In this document: in pieces, positions 55,703 through 64,000 of the stretch | How the letters are laid out: each line of letters starts with the position of its first letter | How positions within the stretch are numbered: position 1 is the stretch's first letter | Assembly (NCBI GenBank): GCA_023659895.1 | Contig: JAGXOL010000001.1 | Span: 15,757 to 79,756, forward strand | Origin: Candidatus Aenigmarchaeota archaeon LH_S7 | Lineage (GTDB): Archaea > Aenigmatarchaeota > Aenigmatarchaeia > QMZS01 | DNA length: 64,000 bases | Reading direction: 5' to 3' | Translations under genes and position numbers: made by a program | The notes under the pieces: generated by a model | What the model was told of the DNA's origin: nothing | Databases searched by the model: none | The model's input: only the letters and a program-made list of their open reading frames with translations

Positions 55703-55984
55703 TTATTTCCTCTTAATTCTCGTTTTGGTTTCCTTTTGCTGTGTTAATGTTCTTAACAAATCCTTCAATTGAGAATCATTAATGGTTTCCTTGAGCTGTC
55801 CTTGTTGATAAACCTGAATCAAATAAGATTCCACTTGTTCTGCGAGCTGGGAATTTCCAATTCTTACATTAGCTAACCTTTCACGAGCCTCTTTTGTTAA
55901 ACATTTCGCTAAAACTTCTCTCTTCATCTTCTCTAGCTGCTCTTGTTGTTCCCTTTGCGCCTTTAATCGGTCAATATTGTCCAT
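55703..55984 (-). CDS. PDCD5/TFAR19-like double-stranded-DNA-binding protein
   Basis: RERLANVRIGNSQLAEQVESYLIQVYQQGQL...LKDLL matches archaeal PDCD5 family core. Confidence 0.65.
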   Translation of the reverse strand: MDNIDRLKAQREQQEQLEKMKREVLAKCLTKEARERLANVRIGNSQLAEQVESYLIQVYQQGQLKETINDSQLKDLLRTLTQQKETKTRIKRK

Positions 55985-56010
55985 ATATTAATAAAGTTTT
56001 AATTTTTATA

Positions 56011-56208
56011 ATGGGCTGGAAATGGGATAAGAACAAATGCTTACGTTGTGGTGGATGCGTGGCTGTTTGTCCAACACAAGCTCTCGAACTTACTGAGAAT
56101 GGAATAGAATGGGATGAAAGTCGTTGTATTCATTGTGGGATTTGCGAGGAATTCTGCCCTGTTAAGGCCATAAAAGTTAAAAAAGAAAAAAAGGAGGATA
56201 AAAAATGA
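56011..56208 (+). CDS. 2x[4Fe-4S] ferredoxin (partner of geranylgeranyl reductase); listed ORF over-extended
   Basis: CLRCGGCVAVCP and CIHCGICEEFCP cluster motifs; stop overlaps GGR start. Confidence 0.7.
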   Translation: MGWKWDKNKCLRCGGCVAVCPTQALELTENGIEWDESRCIHCGICEEFCPVKAIKVKKEKKEDKK

Positions 56209-57389
56209 GAGATGTGATTGTTGTTGGAGCAGGTCCAGGTGGGACTGCAGCAGCAAAATACTTAGCAAGTAAAGGTTATGATGTTGTTATTTACGAGAAG
56301 AGACAGGAGATAGGTGCTCCAAAAAGATGTGGTGAGGGAATTTCTTTTGGTGGTCTTGAAAGATTGGGCTTGGAATTACCAAAAAACTGTGTTAGACAGG
56401 TAATTAATAGTGCCCTAGTTTACGCACCTGATAATTCCCATGTTGAAGTTAGTTACGGAAAGGACTATGGTTATGTTGTGGAAAGAAAAATGTTTGACAA
56501 GTGGCTTGCTGAAGAAGCAGTAAGGAAAGGTGCAAAAGTTAAAGCAAAGACTTACATCAAGGAAGTTTTGAAAGAAGATGGAAAAGTTGTTGGAGTGAGA
56601 GGAGAGCACTTGGGTGAGGAATTTGAAGAAAAATGCAAAGTTTTAATTGCAGCGGATGGGATTGAGAGTAAGATTTCCAGAATGGCTGGATTAAATACAA
56701 CTGCAAACCCAATGCTTGTTGATTCTGGTTTTCAATATGAGATGACAGGAATTAAAATCTCAGACCCAAAGAAAATCCATCTTTATTTCGGAAATGATAT
56801 TGCACCTCGCGGATACATATGGATATTCCCAAAAGGAGAAGATGTTGCAAATGTTGGAATTGGTATTGTGGGAAAGAGCCAAAAATCAGCAAAAGAATAC
56901 TTGAGCGAGTTTGTGGAAAAGACAGAAGGATTGAAAGATGGTTCCATTTTAGAAGTTAACTCTGGTGGTATACCTATAGGAGGTTTAATGAACAAAATGA
57001 CCTTAGACAACTTCTTGGCAATAGGTGATGCAGCACACCAGGTAAATCCTATTAATGGTGGAGGTATGTATGAGGCTCAATTTGCTGCGAGAATTGCAGC
57101 TGATGTTATTGATGAGGGAATTCAAAAAGGAGACACTTCTGAAAAACAATTAGACAAATACAACAAAAAATGGTGGGAAGAGAGAGGAAATAAATTAAAG
57201 AAAGTTGAGAAAATTAGAGAAGTTTCTGAAAAACTTTCAGATGAAGATTTCAACTTCCTTGCAAAAGAATTAAAAGGGGATAATTTGATTGACTTCAGTA
57301 GAGGGCAAGGTTTAAAAGGTTTAGGGAAGATTTTAATCAAGAAACCACATTTGGCGAAGTATGTAAAAGGTTTACACCTTGAATTTTGA
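56205..57389 (+). CDS. geranylgeranyl reductase (digeranylgeranylglycerophospholipid reductase)
   Basis: FAD fingerprint DVIVVGAGPGGTAAAKYLA, RCGEGI, GDAAHQVNPINGGG. Confidence 0.85.
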   Translation: MRDVIVVGAGPGGTAAAKYLASKGYDVVIYEKRQEIGAPKRCGEGISFGGLERLGLELPKNCVRQVINSALVYAPDNSHVEVSYGKDYGYVVERKMFDKWLAEEAVRKGAKVKAKTYIKEVLKEDGKVVGVRGEHLGEEFEEKCKVLIAADGIESKISRMAGLNTTANPMLVDSGFQYEMTGIKISDPKKIHLYFGNDIAPRGYIWIFPKGEDVANVGIGIVGKSQKSAKEYLSEFVEKTEGLKDGSILEVNSGGIPIGGLMNKMTLDNFLAIGDAAHQVNPINGGGMYEAQFAARIAADVIDEGIQKGDTSEKQLDKYNKKWWEERGNKLKKVEKIREVSEKLSDEDFNFLAKELKGDNLIDFSRGQGLKGLGKILIKKPHLAKYVKGLHLEF

Positions 57390-57505
57390 AGATAGAGTTA
57401 AGGTACTTCTGATAGCAAAGATGTAATATTTTTAACTTTTCCAGTGATAGGGGCTTGGCCTTGGATTTTGGCTTCCTTAGATTTAAAATATGCTATTGAT
57501 GGATT

Positions 57506-59173
57506 TTATCCCAAGAAAACTTCTCCCCTCCCGTAAGGAACAACTTTTAAAAAATCTTCAATATTAATTCTTTCAATTTTTTCCTTATCTTCTTTACCAA
57601 CTTTTTCTTTCAATTTATCTTTAATTCTTCTCCCTAATTTTTTACCTTCTTCATTCCCAGGAACCACAACAAGATAATATTTCGCGTATTTCTTCACAGC
57701 TCTCTCAGGGCCTTTCACAATATAATCATCTTCATCTAAACCAATGCACAATTTCAAATCAACTCTAAGGAAGTTTCTCTTTCCATATATCATGAAGGAC
57801 CCCTTTTTAATGCTTTGATGGCCTGCAACCTTTTTACTCACTTGTTCTGGGGAAACCCAATAAACATCAGCAACACCTAACTTTGATTTCCAGAATTTCG
57901 AGTAACAACCAACAAATTGTGCAGCTTCCTCAATGTTTTTCTTAGGAATATCTTTTCCCTCACTCCTTATGACTCCAAAGGGAGAACCTGGAATATGAGC
58001 GTGTAACACAATATCACTCTTCTTACAGTGTTTTTTCACGATTTGCTCATTACTTTCAGCATCTTTCCCTGCTACAACCAAAAAACCCTCTGAAGTGAAG
58101 AAATGTCTAAACTTCTCGTACCATTCCTTTTTTTTATTTTTCTTTATACTTTTTTTCTCTTTCTTCTTAAAATCTTTTTCAATCAGTTTTTCTATCTTCT
58201 TGATTTTGTTTCTTGCTTTCTTGGATTTTTTATATAAGTCATCAATTTTTTTCTTTAAGTCCTCATCAAATCTTATAGTTGTTTTTATTTCATCAAGATC
58301 CAAAAATATTTTATCTCCAGATATCTTTTTTATAGGCTCTTTAAGTTCTTTTTTTTTCTTCCAATCCTTAATAGCTTTCTCAATTTTCTTTTTGTTCTTA
58401 AAAATTGCTTCAGCTTCTGCAACAAAATTCTTTTCCTGTCTCTTGTATTTTTCCAAAGTCTCCTTTTGCTCTTCCTTTATCCTTTCCTCTTTTGTTTTCT
58501 GCCTGTAAACTTCTTCAATAGCTTCAGAAAAACTATTTTTTTTCTTTTCATCTAAATCTAAAGTTTTCAATTCAAAAGGTGCAACAAAGAATTTTTCATT
58601 CTCTTTAAAATAAATTCTTGGAGAAAATTTTTGTTTCAAGATGTCTTTTAAAGTTATGTCTCTTTTAACAATCTCCTTTGCATAGATTTCTCCAACATGA
58701 AGTTTCAGAAGTTTGTTTTCTTCTTTAACATCCCAGGAAAAATTTTCCCCTGTAGGAGGAACATATTTTTCTCCCTTCAAGATTTTCCTGTATTTGAATT
58801 CTCTTTCTGTATAAGCACCTAATATTTCATCACCTTCACACAGGAGTATATTTCCCTTTCCAATAAATTCAAAAATCAATTTCAATCTTCCAAACCCAAA
58901 AACAACAATTTTGTTAAAATTATCCTGATAAATATTATTTACCTTTCTATTTTTCAATTTCTTCAACAAGAAATCAGCAAATTTATTCTCTTTTTTACCT
59001 TCAAGTTCCTTTACAGTTAAATAACAGTAATCCCTGCCTGCAACAAAGAATTTTCTCTTTTCTGATTTGAATTCCAATATAATATCTCCAACGGAATAAA
59101 CACCCTTTAATCTATAACCTATAATTTCCTTTAACTCATCAACCAAATAATAAAAATCTATAGGAGTTAGCAT
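57506..59173 (-). CDS. NFACT/FbpA-Tae2 family protein (Rqc2/NEMF homolog); start taken at internal Met (listed ORF extends to 59203)
   Basis: N-terminal NFACT-N, central coiled coil, C-terminal NFACT-R/DUF814 (HAHIPGSPFGVI...EEAAQFVGCYSKFWKSK). Confidence 0.7.
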   Translation of the reverse strand: MLTPIDFYYLVDELKEIIGYRLKGVYSVGDIILEFKSEKRKFFVAGRDYCYLTVKELEGKKENKFADFLLKKLKNRKVNNIYQDNFNKIVVFGFGRLKLIFEFIGKGNILLCEGDEILGAYTEREFKYRKILKGEKYVPPTGENFSWDVKEENKLLKLHVGEIYAKEIVKRDITLKDILKQKFSPRIYFKENEKFFVAPFELKTLDLDEKKKNSFSEAIEEVYRQKTKEERIKEEQKETLEKYKRQEKNFVAEAEAIFKNKKKIEKAIKDWKKKKELKEPIKKISGDKIFLDLDEIKTTIRFDEDLKKKIDDLYKKSKKARNKIKKIEKLIEKDFKKKEKKSIKKNKKKEWYEKFRHFFTSEGFLVVAGKDAESNEQIVKKHCKKSDIVLHAHIPGSPFGVIRSEGKDIPKKNIEEAAQFVGCYSKFWKSKLGVADVYWVSPEQVSKKVAGHQSIKKGSFMIYGKRNFLRVDLKLCIGLDEDDYIVKGPERAVKKYAKYYLVVVPGNEEGKKLGRRIKDKLKEKVGKEDKEKIERINIEDFLKVVPYGRGEVFLG

Positions 59174-59388
59174 TATTCTTTCTTTTCCTGGCTCAAGAAA
59201 CAATTACCACAATAATAAACTATTTTATCATTAATCTTTCTTGCACCTAGGAACACTCCTGGACCACATTTTGGACAGAAATTCTTGTTCCTCTTCAAAT
59301 TTTCACCTTCCACTGTGTAATATTTGTATTTTTGTGTGCTTTTATGTTTTGTCTTGGATTTTGCCTTCCTTTCTTTTTTCTTTCCCAT
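59173..59388 (-). CDS. rps27ae: ribosomal protein S27ae (eS31)
   Basis: CPKCGPGVFLGARKINDKIVYYCGNC zinc ribbon, basic N-terminus. Confidence 0.8.
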   Translation of the reverse strand: MGKKKERKAKSKTKHKSTQKYKYYTVEGENLKRNKNFCPKCGPGVFLGARKINDKIVYYCGNCFLSQEKKE

Positions 59389-59410
59389 AATTTAATTAAA
59401 ATTTTAAAAA

Positions 59411-60718
59411 TCATTCAACTACTACAGGTAGTCTTTGTGAGACACCTCTTATAAGTTTTTTAATTTGGTCTAAATCCTGCTCTATATCATTTATCCTCTT
59501 TTCTAAAGGCTCTATTTCCGGCTCTCTCACAGATTTTATTCTCTCTTCAATATCTTTTTTCAACTCATCAAACTTGCTTTCAGGAACATATCCTGTAACT
59601 TTTTCGTTTATTATATGTATTAATTTATTCATCTCCTCATCAATCTTGTTAGGTACTGTTTCACTTTCCATCTTATTAATTCTTTTTTCCAAACTCCCTA
59701 TCTTATTGCTGCTTATATCTTCAAGATGATTCTTAAAAGTATCTACCTCTTTTTTCATCTCCTCATCAATCTTGTTAGGCACTGTTTCACTTTCCATCTT
59801 ATTAATTCTTTTTTCCAGACTCCCTATCTTATTGCTGCTTATATCCTCAACATGATTCTTAAAAGTATCTACCTCTTTTTTCATCCCTGAAATTTGACCT
59901 TTTATATCTTTAGATAATTCTTCATATTTTTTTTCATTTTCCTCCAGTCTTTTTGATATCATTGAGAATTCTTCAATATCCTTGTCAAAATATTTTTCCT
60001 TTTCTTTTAACCTCTCTATTGCTGACATTACTACCTCTCTCAACTCCAAGTACCTATTCTTGTTCTTTTCAAATTCGTTAGCAAAGGCCTTCCATTCTCC
60101 GTACTTTTTCTCAAACTCATCAGCGGATTGTTTTATTTTTCTGAATTCATTTTTAAAGTCTTTCATCTCTTTCAATTCTCCCTGTTCTTTGTGAATTCTT
60201 TCAACCTGATAATCTACTTTTTTCTTGAACTCTTCCATTTCTTTGCCCATGCCATCAACCTTTTGTTCTAGATCTTTTTTATTTCCTTGAATTTCTTTCT
60301 TCAGATTCCCAATTTGTTTAATATCTTTTTCTCCTTCTAGTTTCTCTAATCGTTTTTTCAGATTATCTATTTGGTTGTTTATATCACTTTTTATATTTTG
60401 TACGTTCCCATCAGCCTCTTCAATGCTCTTACTTATATTGTTTATACCCTGTGAATTCCTTTCAACAGTACTTAATTTGTTCTCATATTTTTTTACAGTT
60501 TCTTTGAGGTCTTTTAATTCCTTTACTTCATCAACATCGTTTTTTAAATTATCTAGGTTTTCTTTCATCTCATTTATCCTTTGATTCAGCTTGCCTTTTG
60601 CTTCTTTGTCTTTCTCAAGTTTATCCAACCTATCATCATATCTGGCCAGAATCTTTTCTATCTGTAGAAAGTTTACTTTAAATTTTTCCTTTAATTGCTC
60701 AAAATTATTATCTGCCAT
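59411..60718 (-). CDS. long coiled-coil protein with 42-aa tandem repeat
   Basis: 435 aa, near-continuous heptads; KEVDTFKNH(V/L)EDISSNKIGSLEKRINKMESETVPNKIDEEM repeated. Confidence 0.5.
   Translation of the reverse strand: MADNNFEQLKEKFKVNFLQIEKILARYDDRLDKLEKDKEAKGKLNQRINEMKENLDNLKNDVDEVKELKDLKETVKKYENKLSTVERNSQGINNISKSIEEADGNVQNIKSDINNQIDNLKKRLEKLEGEKDIKQIGNLKKEIQGNKKDLEQKVDGMGKEMEEFKKKVDYQVERIHKEQGELKEMKDFKNEFRKIKQSADEFEKKYGEWKAFANEFEKNKNRYLELREVVMSAIERLKEKEKYFDKDIEEFSMISKRLEENEKKYEELSKDIKGQISGMKKEVDTFKNHVEDISSNKIGSLEKRINKMESETVPNKIDEEMKKEVDTFKNHLEDISSNKIGSLEKRINKMESETVPNKIDEEMNKLIHIINEKVTGYVPESKFDELKKDIEERIKSVREPEIEPLEKRINDIEQDLDQIKKLIRGVSQRLPVVVE
59631..59882. repeat. 2 x 126-bp near-identical tandem duplication inside coiled-coil gene
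   Basis: Unit atctcctcatcaatcttgttagg(t/c)actgtttcactttccatcttattaattcttttttcca...atctacctcttttttc repeated with 3-4 mismatches. Confidence 0.8.
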
Positions 60719-60726
60719 AATAATAT

Positions 60727-60936
60727 TTATTTTTCAATATTATTTTTACCCTTTACAGTTATTACTATGGTAGTAGGGGCTAATAGATGAGAGGTACATA
60801 CATATCCGTATTCCTTCAATTTGGTTATCACAGGGCTTAAGGAATTCTTGTCCATATTCATCTTTTTGCCCAAATCTGTTAGGGATACTACTTGTTCATC
60901 TGCTACAACCTTTAGCACTTTTTCCTCCAAGGACAT
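60727..60936 (-). CDS. small winged-helix transcription regulator-like protein
   Basis: 69 aa; KLKEYGYVC and beta-wing pattern. Confidence 0.4.
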   Translation of the reverse strand: MSLEEKVLKVVADEQVVSLTDLGKKMNMDKNSLSPVITKLKEYGYVCTSHLLAPTTIVITVKGKNNIEK

Positions 60937-60960
60937 AAGTTATTAAATTAAATATAAATA

Positions 60961-61317
60961 ATGAAGACGGAGGAAATAGTAGGTCTCTTAGGAATTTTAT
61001 TTGGATTGTTCCTTTTTGGAATACTTATTGCTATGGATCCTATTTCTTTAACAATTTTAATATCTATAGGAGGATTGGTTTTCTTTATCCTTTACACAAA
61101 GAATACTCATGCAATTTTTGGACTTACTGTTTTGTTATTTGTTCTTCTTTTGTACTTGTTTTTGCCAGGAACCTTAGAGCAAGTCTTCACAGGAAACCAA
61201 ACAGGAGGAAATGTTACAGTCCCAGGAATTCAAGTTCCAGATTATTACCTACCTACAATAGTTCTACTTTTAATAGTAATTGGAGGATTCTTAATTGCTT
61301 ATAAGGCTTCGGGCTAA
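60961..61317 (+). CDS. small membrane protein
   Basis: 118 aa, three TM helices. Confidence 0.35.
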   Translation: MKTEEIVGLLGILFGLFLFGILIAMDPISLTILISIGGLVFFILYTKNTHAIFGLTVLLFVLLLYLFLPGTLEQVFTGNQTGGNVTVPGIQVPDYYLPTIVLLLIVIGGFLIAYKASG

Positions 61318-62024
61318 TTTATTTTAAATTCCCCATAACCCTTTTCACTCTTTATTTTAGAGATAACTTTGTTTGCTTCTTCTTCCAAAAGTTTCTCTCC
61401 CTTTTTAGGGTTTTTGGTCTTTAATTTTATTAAGAATTTTGAATCCCCTAAGTAAGATGCTTTCGCATTTTTCATTTCATTCAAGCTATTTTTTATAATT
61501 TCTATTCCATTACCTTGCTCAGAATGTAATTCCAGAGTGCCTTTAAACTCATATTCTTTTTCCCCTGTTTTGAATCTTTCCACTAATCCCTTAAATTCTT
61601 CTCCAAGACCTAAATCTTCCCCTTCTCTAAGTTTTTTGATAGCATTAAACAAGCTTCCATGCTCTTGCTTAAGGTTTCTGATTGTCTCATCAACTAACTT
61701 AGGTTTTATCTTGTTTTCCTCAGCAACTTTTTTGAACGTTCTTTCCATCTTCCTTTCCTTTCCGTAATCCTTTAATTTCTTTTCTTTGTGGTATTTAGAA
61801 ACTCCCTTCAGGGAAAGTTCAGTTGTATGATCTGTCTTCAGAATCTTACAAACAATTAATTGTCCTTTTCTAAAAGACTTTCTTATATTTCTTATCCACA
61901 ATCCTGGGATATTTGAAACATTCAACAAACCTTTCATTTCATATTCAAGAATCTTAACTTCCACAGAATTACTGTGAACTTCTTTAATCTCTCCAACAAC
62001 TAATTCCCCTTTTTCAGGTTTCAT
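61314..62024 (-). CDS. eif2a: translation initiation factor aIF2 alpha subunit
   Basis: N-terminal S1 domain GELVVGEIKEV...WIRNIRKSFRKGQLIVCKILKTD...LSLKGV as in a/eIF2-alpha. Confidence 0.65.
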   Translation of the reverse strand: MKPEKGELVVGEIKEVHSNSVEVKILEYEMKGLLNVSNIPGLWIRNIRKSFRKGQLIVCKILKTDHTTELSLKGVSKYHKEKKLKDYGKERKMERTFKKVAEENKIKPKLVDETIRNLKQEHGSLFNAIKKLREGEDLGLGEEFKGLVERFKTGEKEYEFKGTLELHSEQGNGIEIIKNSLNEMKNAKASYLGDSKFLIKLKTKNPKKGEKLLEEEANKVISKIKSEKGYGEFKIN

Positions 62025-62062
62025 AAATTAAATTTCTTAATTTTAATAACTTATTTTCCAAA

Positions 62063-63022
62063 TTATTTTAATTTTTCAATCTCTTCCTCCACATTCATTT
62101 CTTTTACTTGGTTAACAATCATCTCCAAATCCCCAAAATATTCATTTTTCTTCACTCTTCCCATGAATAATCTTTCCTTGCCAACCAAGTTTTCATTTTT
62201 TATTTTTTCCGCGGTCTCCCTGAAACTTACGAAACGAAAAGCAGAAGTACCATCATCTAAATAACCGCGAAGAATCAGATTTTTTTTGGGCTCAACCTTT
62301 CCATGGTCTTTACAAACTTGGCTTCCATTAATTTCTTCAAGCTTTGCACCACATTGAGGACACGTAACAAATTCCTTTTCAGATGTTGAAACCACGGCCC
62401 CTCTTATTTCTGGAAAATCATTTTCCTTTAGATCTTTTAAGTTTTTTCTTTCAACCAAACTCTTGTACATCTCTTTTGGTTTCTCTTTTTCTTCTGTAAC
62501 CTTAATTTCTTTATCTTCCTTATCCAAAGTACTGCTTCTCCCCATGTGGATTTCTGGCATCCCAAATGTATTCGCTTTGGTGAAACCATTCTTTACTCTT
62601 ACTGTTTCACCTTCTTTGAAATCCTTGAGCAAATCTGTTTTATCATTCCAGAAAACAACTCTAATTTTTCCTGTTTCATCACCAATGTTAATGTGCTGAA
62701 CCTTACCTTTCTTACCTTTTCTTTCAAATTCATTTAATTCAGAAATATCAAGAATTTTTCCAACAATTTCCATACTTTTCATCCTAGGTATTATATTCTT
62801 TATTTTCAAAGTTCTGTCTTTTTTTTCTAATAAATCAAGACCCTCTTCCTTAGCAATTATATAAGCAGCTCCTTCCTCAGAAACAAGATTGGATAATTCA
62901 AGAACCTTTTCCTCAATCTTTTTTTCAACATCCTCTTTTGATAAATCTGTTTCATTCACAATTTTGTTTTTCAATTCCTCAAGTTCCATAATTAAGTTAA
63001 AAAATTTAATAATTATGTACAC
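62063..63022 (-). CDS. RPA-like single-stranded DNA-binding protein (OB fold + C-terminal zinc ribbon)
   Basis: OB-fold region (GKILDISELNEFERKGKKGKVQHINIGDETGKIRVVFW) and CPQCGAKLEE...CKDHG ribbon. Confidence 0.6.
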   Translation of the reverse strand: MYIIIKFFNLIMELEELKNKIVNETDLSKEDVEKKIEEKVLELSNLVSEEGAAYIIAKEEGLDLLEKKDRTLKIKNIIPRMKSMEIVGKILDISELNEFERKGKKGKVQHINIGDETGKIRVVFWNDKTDLLKDFKEGETVRVKNGFTKANTFGMPEIHMGRSSTLDKEDKEIKVTEEKEKPKEMYKSLVERKNLKDLKENDFPEIRGAVVSTSEKEFVTCPQCGAKLEEINGSQVCKDHGKVEPKKNLILRGYLDDGTSAFRFVSFRETAEKIKNENLVGKERLFMGRVKKNEYFGDLEMIVNQVKEMNVEEEIEKLK

Positions 63023-63386
63023 TTATAAAAAAGGTTATAGAGCGGAAAAAGAGCTGATTAAATTACTTACAAGTCTTGATTACGCGGTTTTGAGAGCCCC
63101 AAAATCAGGAAAGGACACAATTGATATTATAGCTTGCAAAAGAGGCCAGATTTTCGTTTTTGAGTGCAAGTTCTGGAAGTCCAGAGTGGGGATCACAGAT
63201 AGACAGTTGAATAGCTTGATTGATTTCTCAGAGAAAGCAGGGGCTATTCCATTAATAGCCTTGAAATATGAGAATGAGGGTTGGAGATTTTTGAGAGCAG
63301 AGGATGTTCAGGAAAACAATGGTACTGTTTCAGATGAACTTCTCAAAGAAAAAAGTTTCTCAGTGGATTTTTTTGAGAGATATTAA
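63015..63386 (+). CDS. hjc: Holliday junction resolvase Hjc; listed ORF over-extended, start at MYTYKKGYRAEKEL
   Basis: GYRAEKELIKLL...DIIACKRGQIFVFECKFWK...GAIPLIALKYENEGWRF matches archaeal Hjc catalytic core. Confidence 0.8.
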   Translation: MYTYKKGYRAEKELIKLLTSLDYAVLRAPKSGKDTIDIIACKRGQIFVFECKFWKSRVGITDRQLNSLIDFSEKAGAIPLIALKYENEGWRFLRAEDVQENNGTVSDELLKEKSFSVDFFERY

Positions 63387-63462
63387 GATTTTGTTAAATT
63401 ATTAATCAGTTTTGGATGTAACTTTCCTGTTTTTGGCTGAAGCCTTTTCCATGGAAAACTTC

Positions 63463-63716
63463 TGGGCTGGGGCAGATTTTCAAATTATTTTTCTTTTGGA
63501 GTTGGTAGACCTTTTCTTTCTAAAAGAAAAGGCATGCCTTTGAACTGCCGATCTTCGCCTTTCTCTTGTTTTTGGATGAAATCTCAAAGCATTGTAACTA
63601 CAAATTTATTATTTTCGTAGTTACCTTACTTTGTTTCTAAAAGGTTTTCTGTAAGGGCGACGTCCTAACCAATTATCTCCATAGTGATTTTCACTAATGG
63701 TCTAGACCACCAGCCC
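63463..63716 (-). tRNA. tRNA-Val(UAC) with three introns: D-loop (plus 63672-63701, 30 nt), canonical 37/38 (63561-63649, 89 nt), T-loop (63477-63538, 62 nt)
   Basis: Minus-strand exons GGGCTGG-TG-GTCT-AG | TGGTTA-GGAC-G-TCGCC-CTTACA | A-GGCGA-AGATC-GGCAG-TTCAAA | T-CTGCC-CCAGCCC-A sum to exactly 73 nt with fully complementary stems. Confidence 0.8.
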
Positions 63717-63774
63717 ATAAACTATTATTAATCTTTAAAAATCGGATATTTAAATTTTGAGTGGAAGTTATAAA

Positions 63775-64000
63775 ATGGAAGTAGGTCAAATCTGCAAGAA
63801 AGTTATAGGGAGTGAGAGTGGAAGATACTGTGTAATCTATAAACTAGAGGGAAATTTTGCAGAAATTACAGGAATAGGAAAATACAAGATGTGCAAGAGA
63901 AGAAGATGCAATTTAAAGCACTTATTTCCAACAAAATACAAGATTAAAGTAGAATCAGAAAAGCAAGATGATATAGAGAAGAAATTTTCCAGCAGTGGAT
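63775..64000 (+). CDS. rpl14e: ribosomal protein L14e (partial, runs off window)
   Basis: MEVGQICKKVIGSESGRYCVIYKLEGNFAEITG...KRRRCNLKHLFPT matches eL14 KOW-like N-terminus. Confidence 0.65.
   Translation, partial: MEVGQICKKVIGSESGRYCVIYKLEGNFAEITGIGKYKMCKRRRCNLKHLFPTKYKIKVESEKQDDIEKKFSSSG

Noticed and set aside
1-64000. CRISPR arrays and rRNA genes
   Set aside because: No regularly spaced direct repeats and no rRNA-like conserved blocks were seen anywhere in the window.

Overview
Low-GC (about 30%) archaeal chromosomal segment with tightly packed genes (ribosomal proteins with K/E-rich tails, PolD small subunit, PCNA, RPA, DnaG, Hjc, aIF2 alpha, Sm, Sec61 beta/gamma, geranylgeranyl reductase, IPK). 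The gene content is consistent with a small-genome (DPANN-like) archaeon. Three things stand out. (1) 10.2-21.8 kb holds a six-gene, translationally coupled minus-strand operon that looks like a non-canonical BREX/DISARM-like defence system: a PglX/Type-IIG-like N6A methyltransferase, a 300 aa protein, a Zn-ribbon + PD-ExK nuclease-like protein, a second nuclease-like protein, a PLD-SNF2 helicase fusion, and a membrane protein. (2) All six tRNA genes found are interrupted, several by two or three introns at non-canonical positions (D-loop, T-loop) as well as the canonical 37/38 site: Val-UAC with 3 introns, Gln-UUG with 3 introns including a 154-nt D-loop intron, Trp-CCA with 2, Ser-CGA with a T-loop intron, Gly-GCC with a D-region insertion, and one unresolved tRNA with about 150 nt of insertions. 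(3) Mobile or selfish elements: two about 90% identical TnpB-only IS200/IS605-type elements with conserved ends; a LAGLIDADG intein (about 487 aa) inside RNase HII; a conserved about 55-nt hairpin element in two copies, one inside a tRNA intron. Also noted: homopolymer-associated frameshifts in a hydrogenase maturation protease and a GNAT gene (real decay or sequencing error), a recent 126-bp tandem duplication inside a coiled-coil gene, and unlisted small genes (Sec61 beta, L39e). No CRISPR array or rRNA seen.
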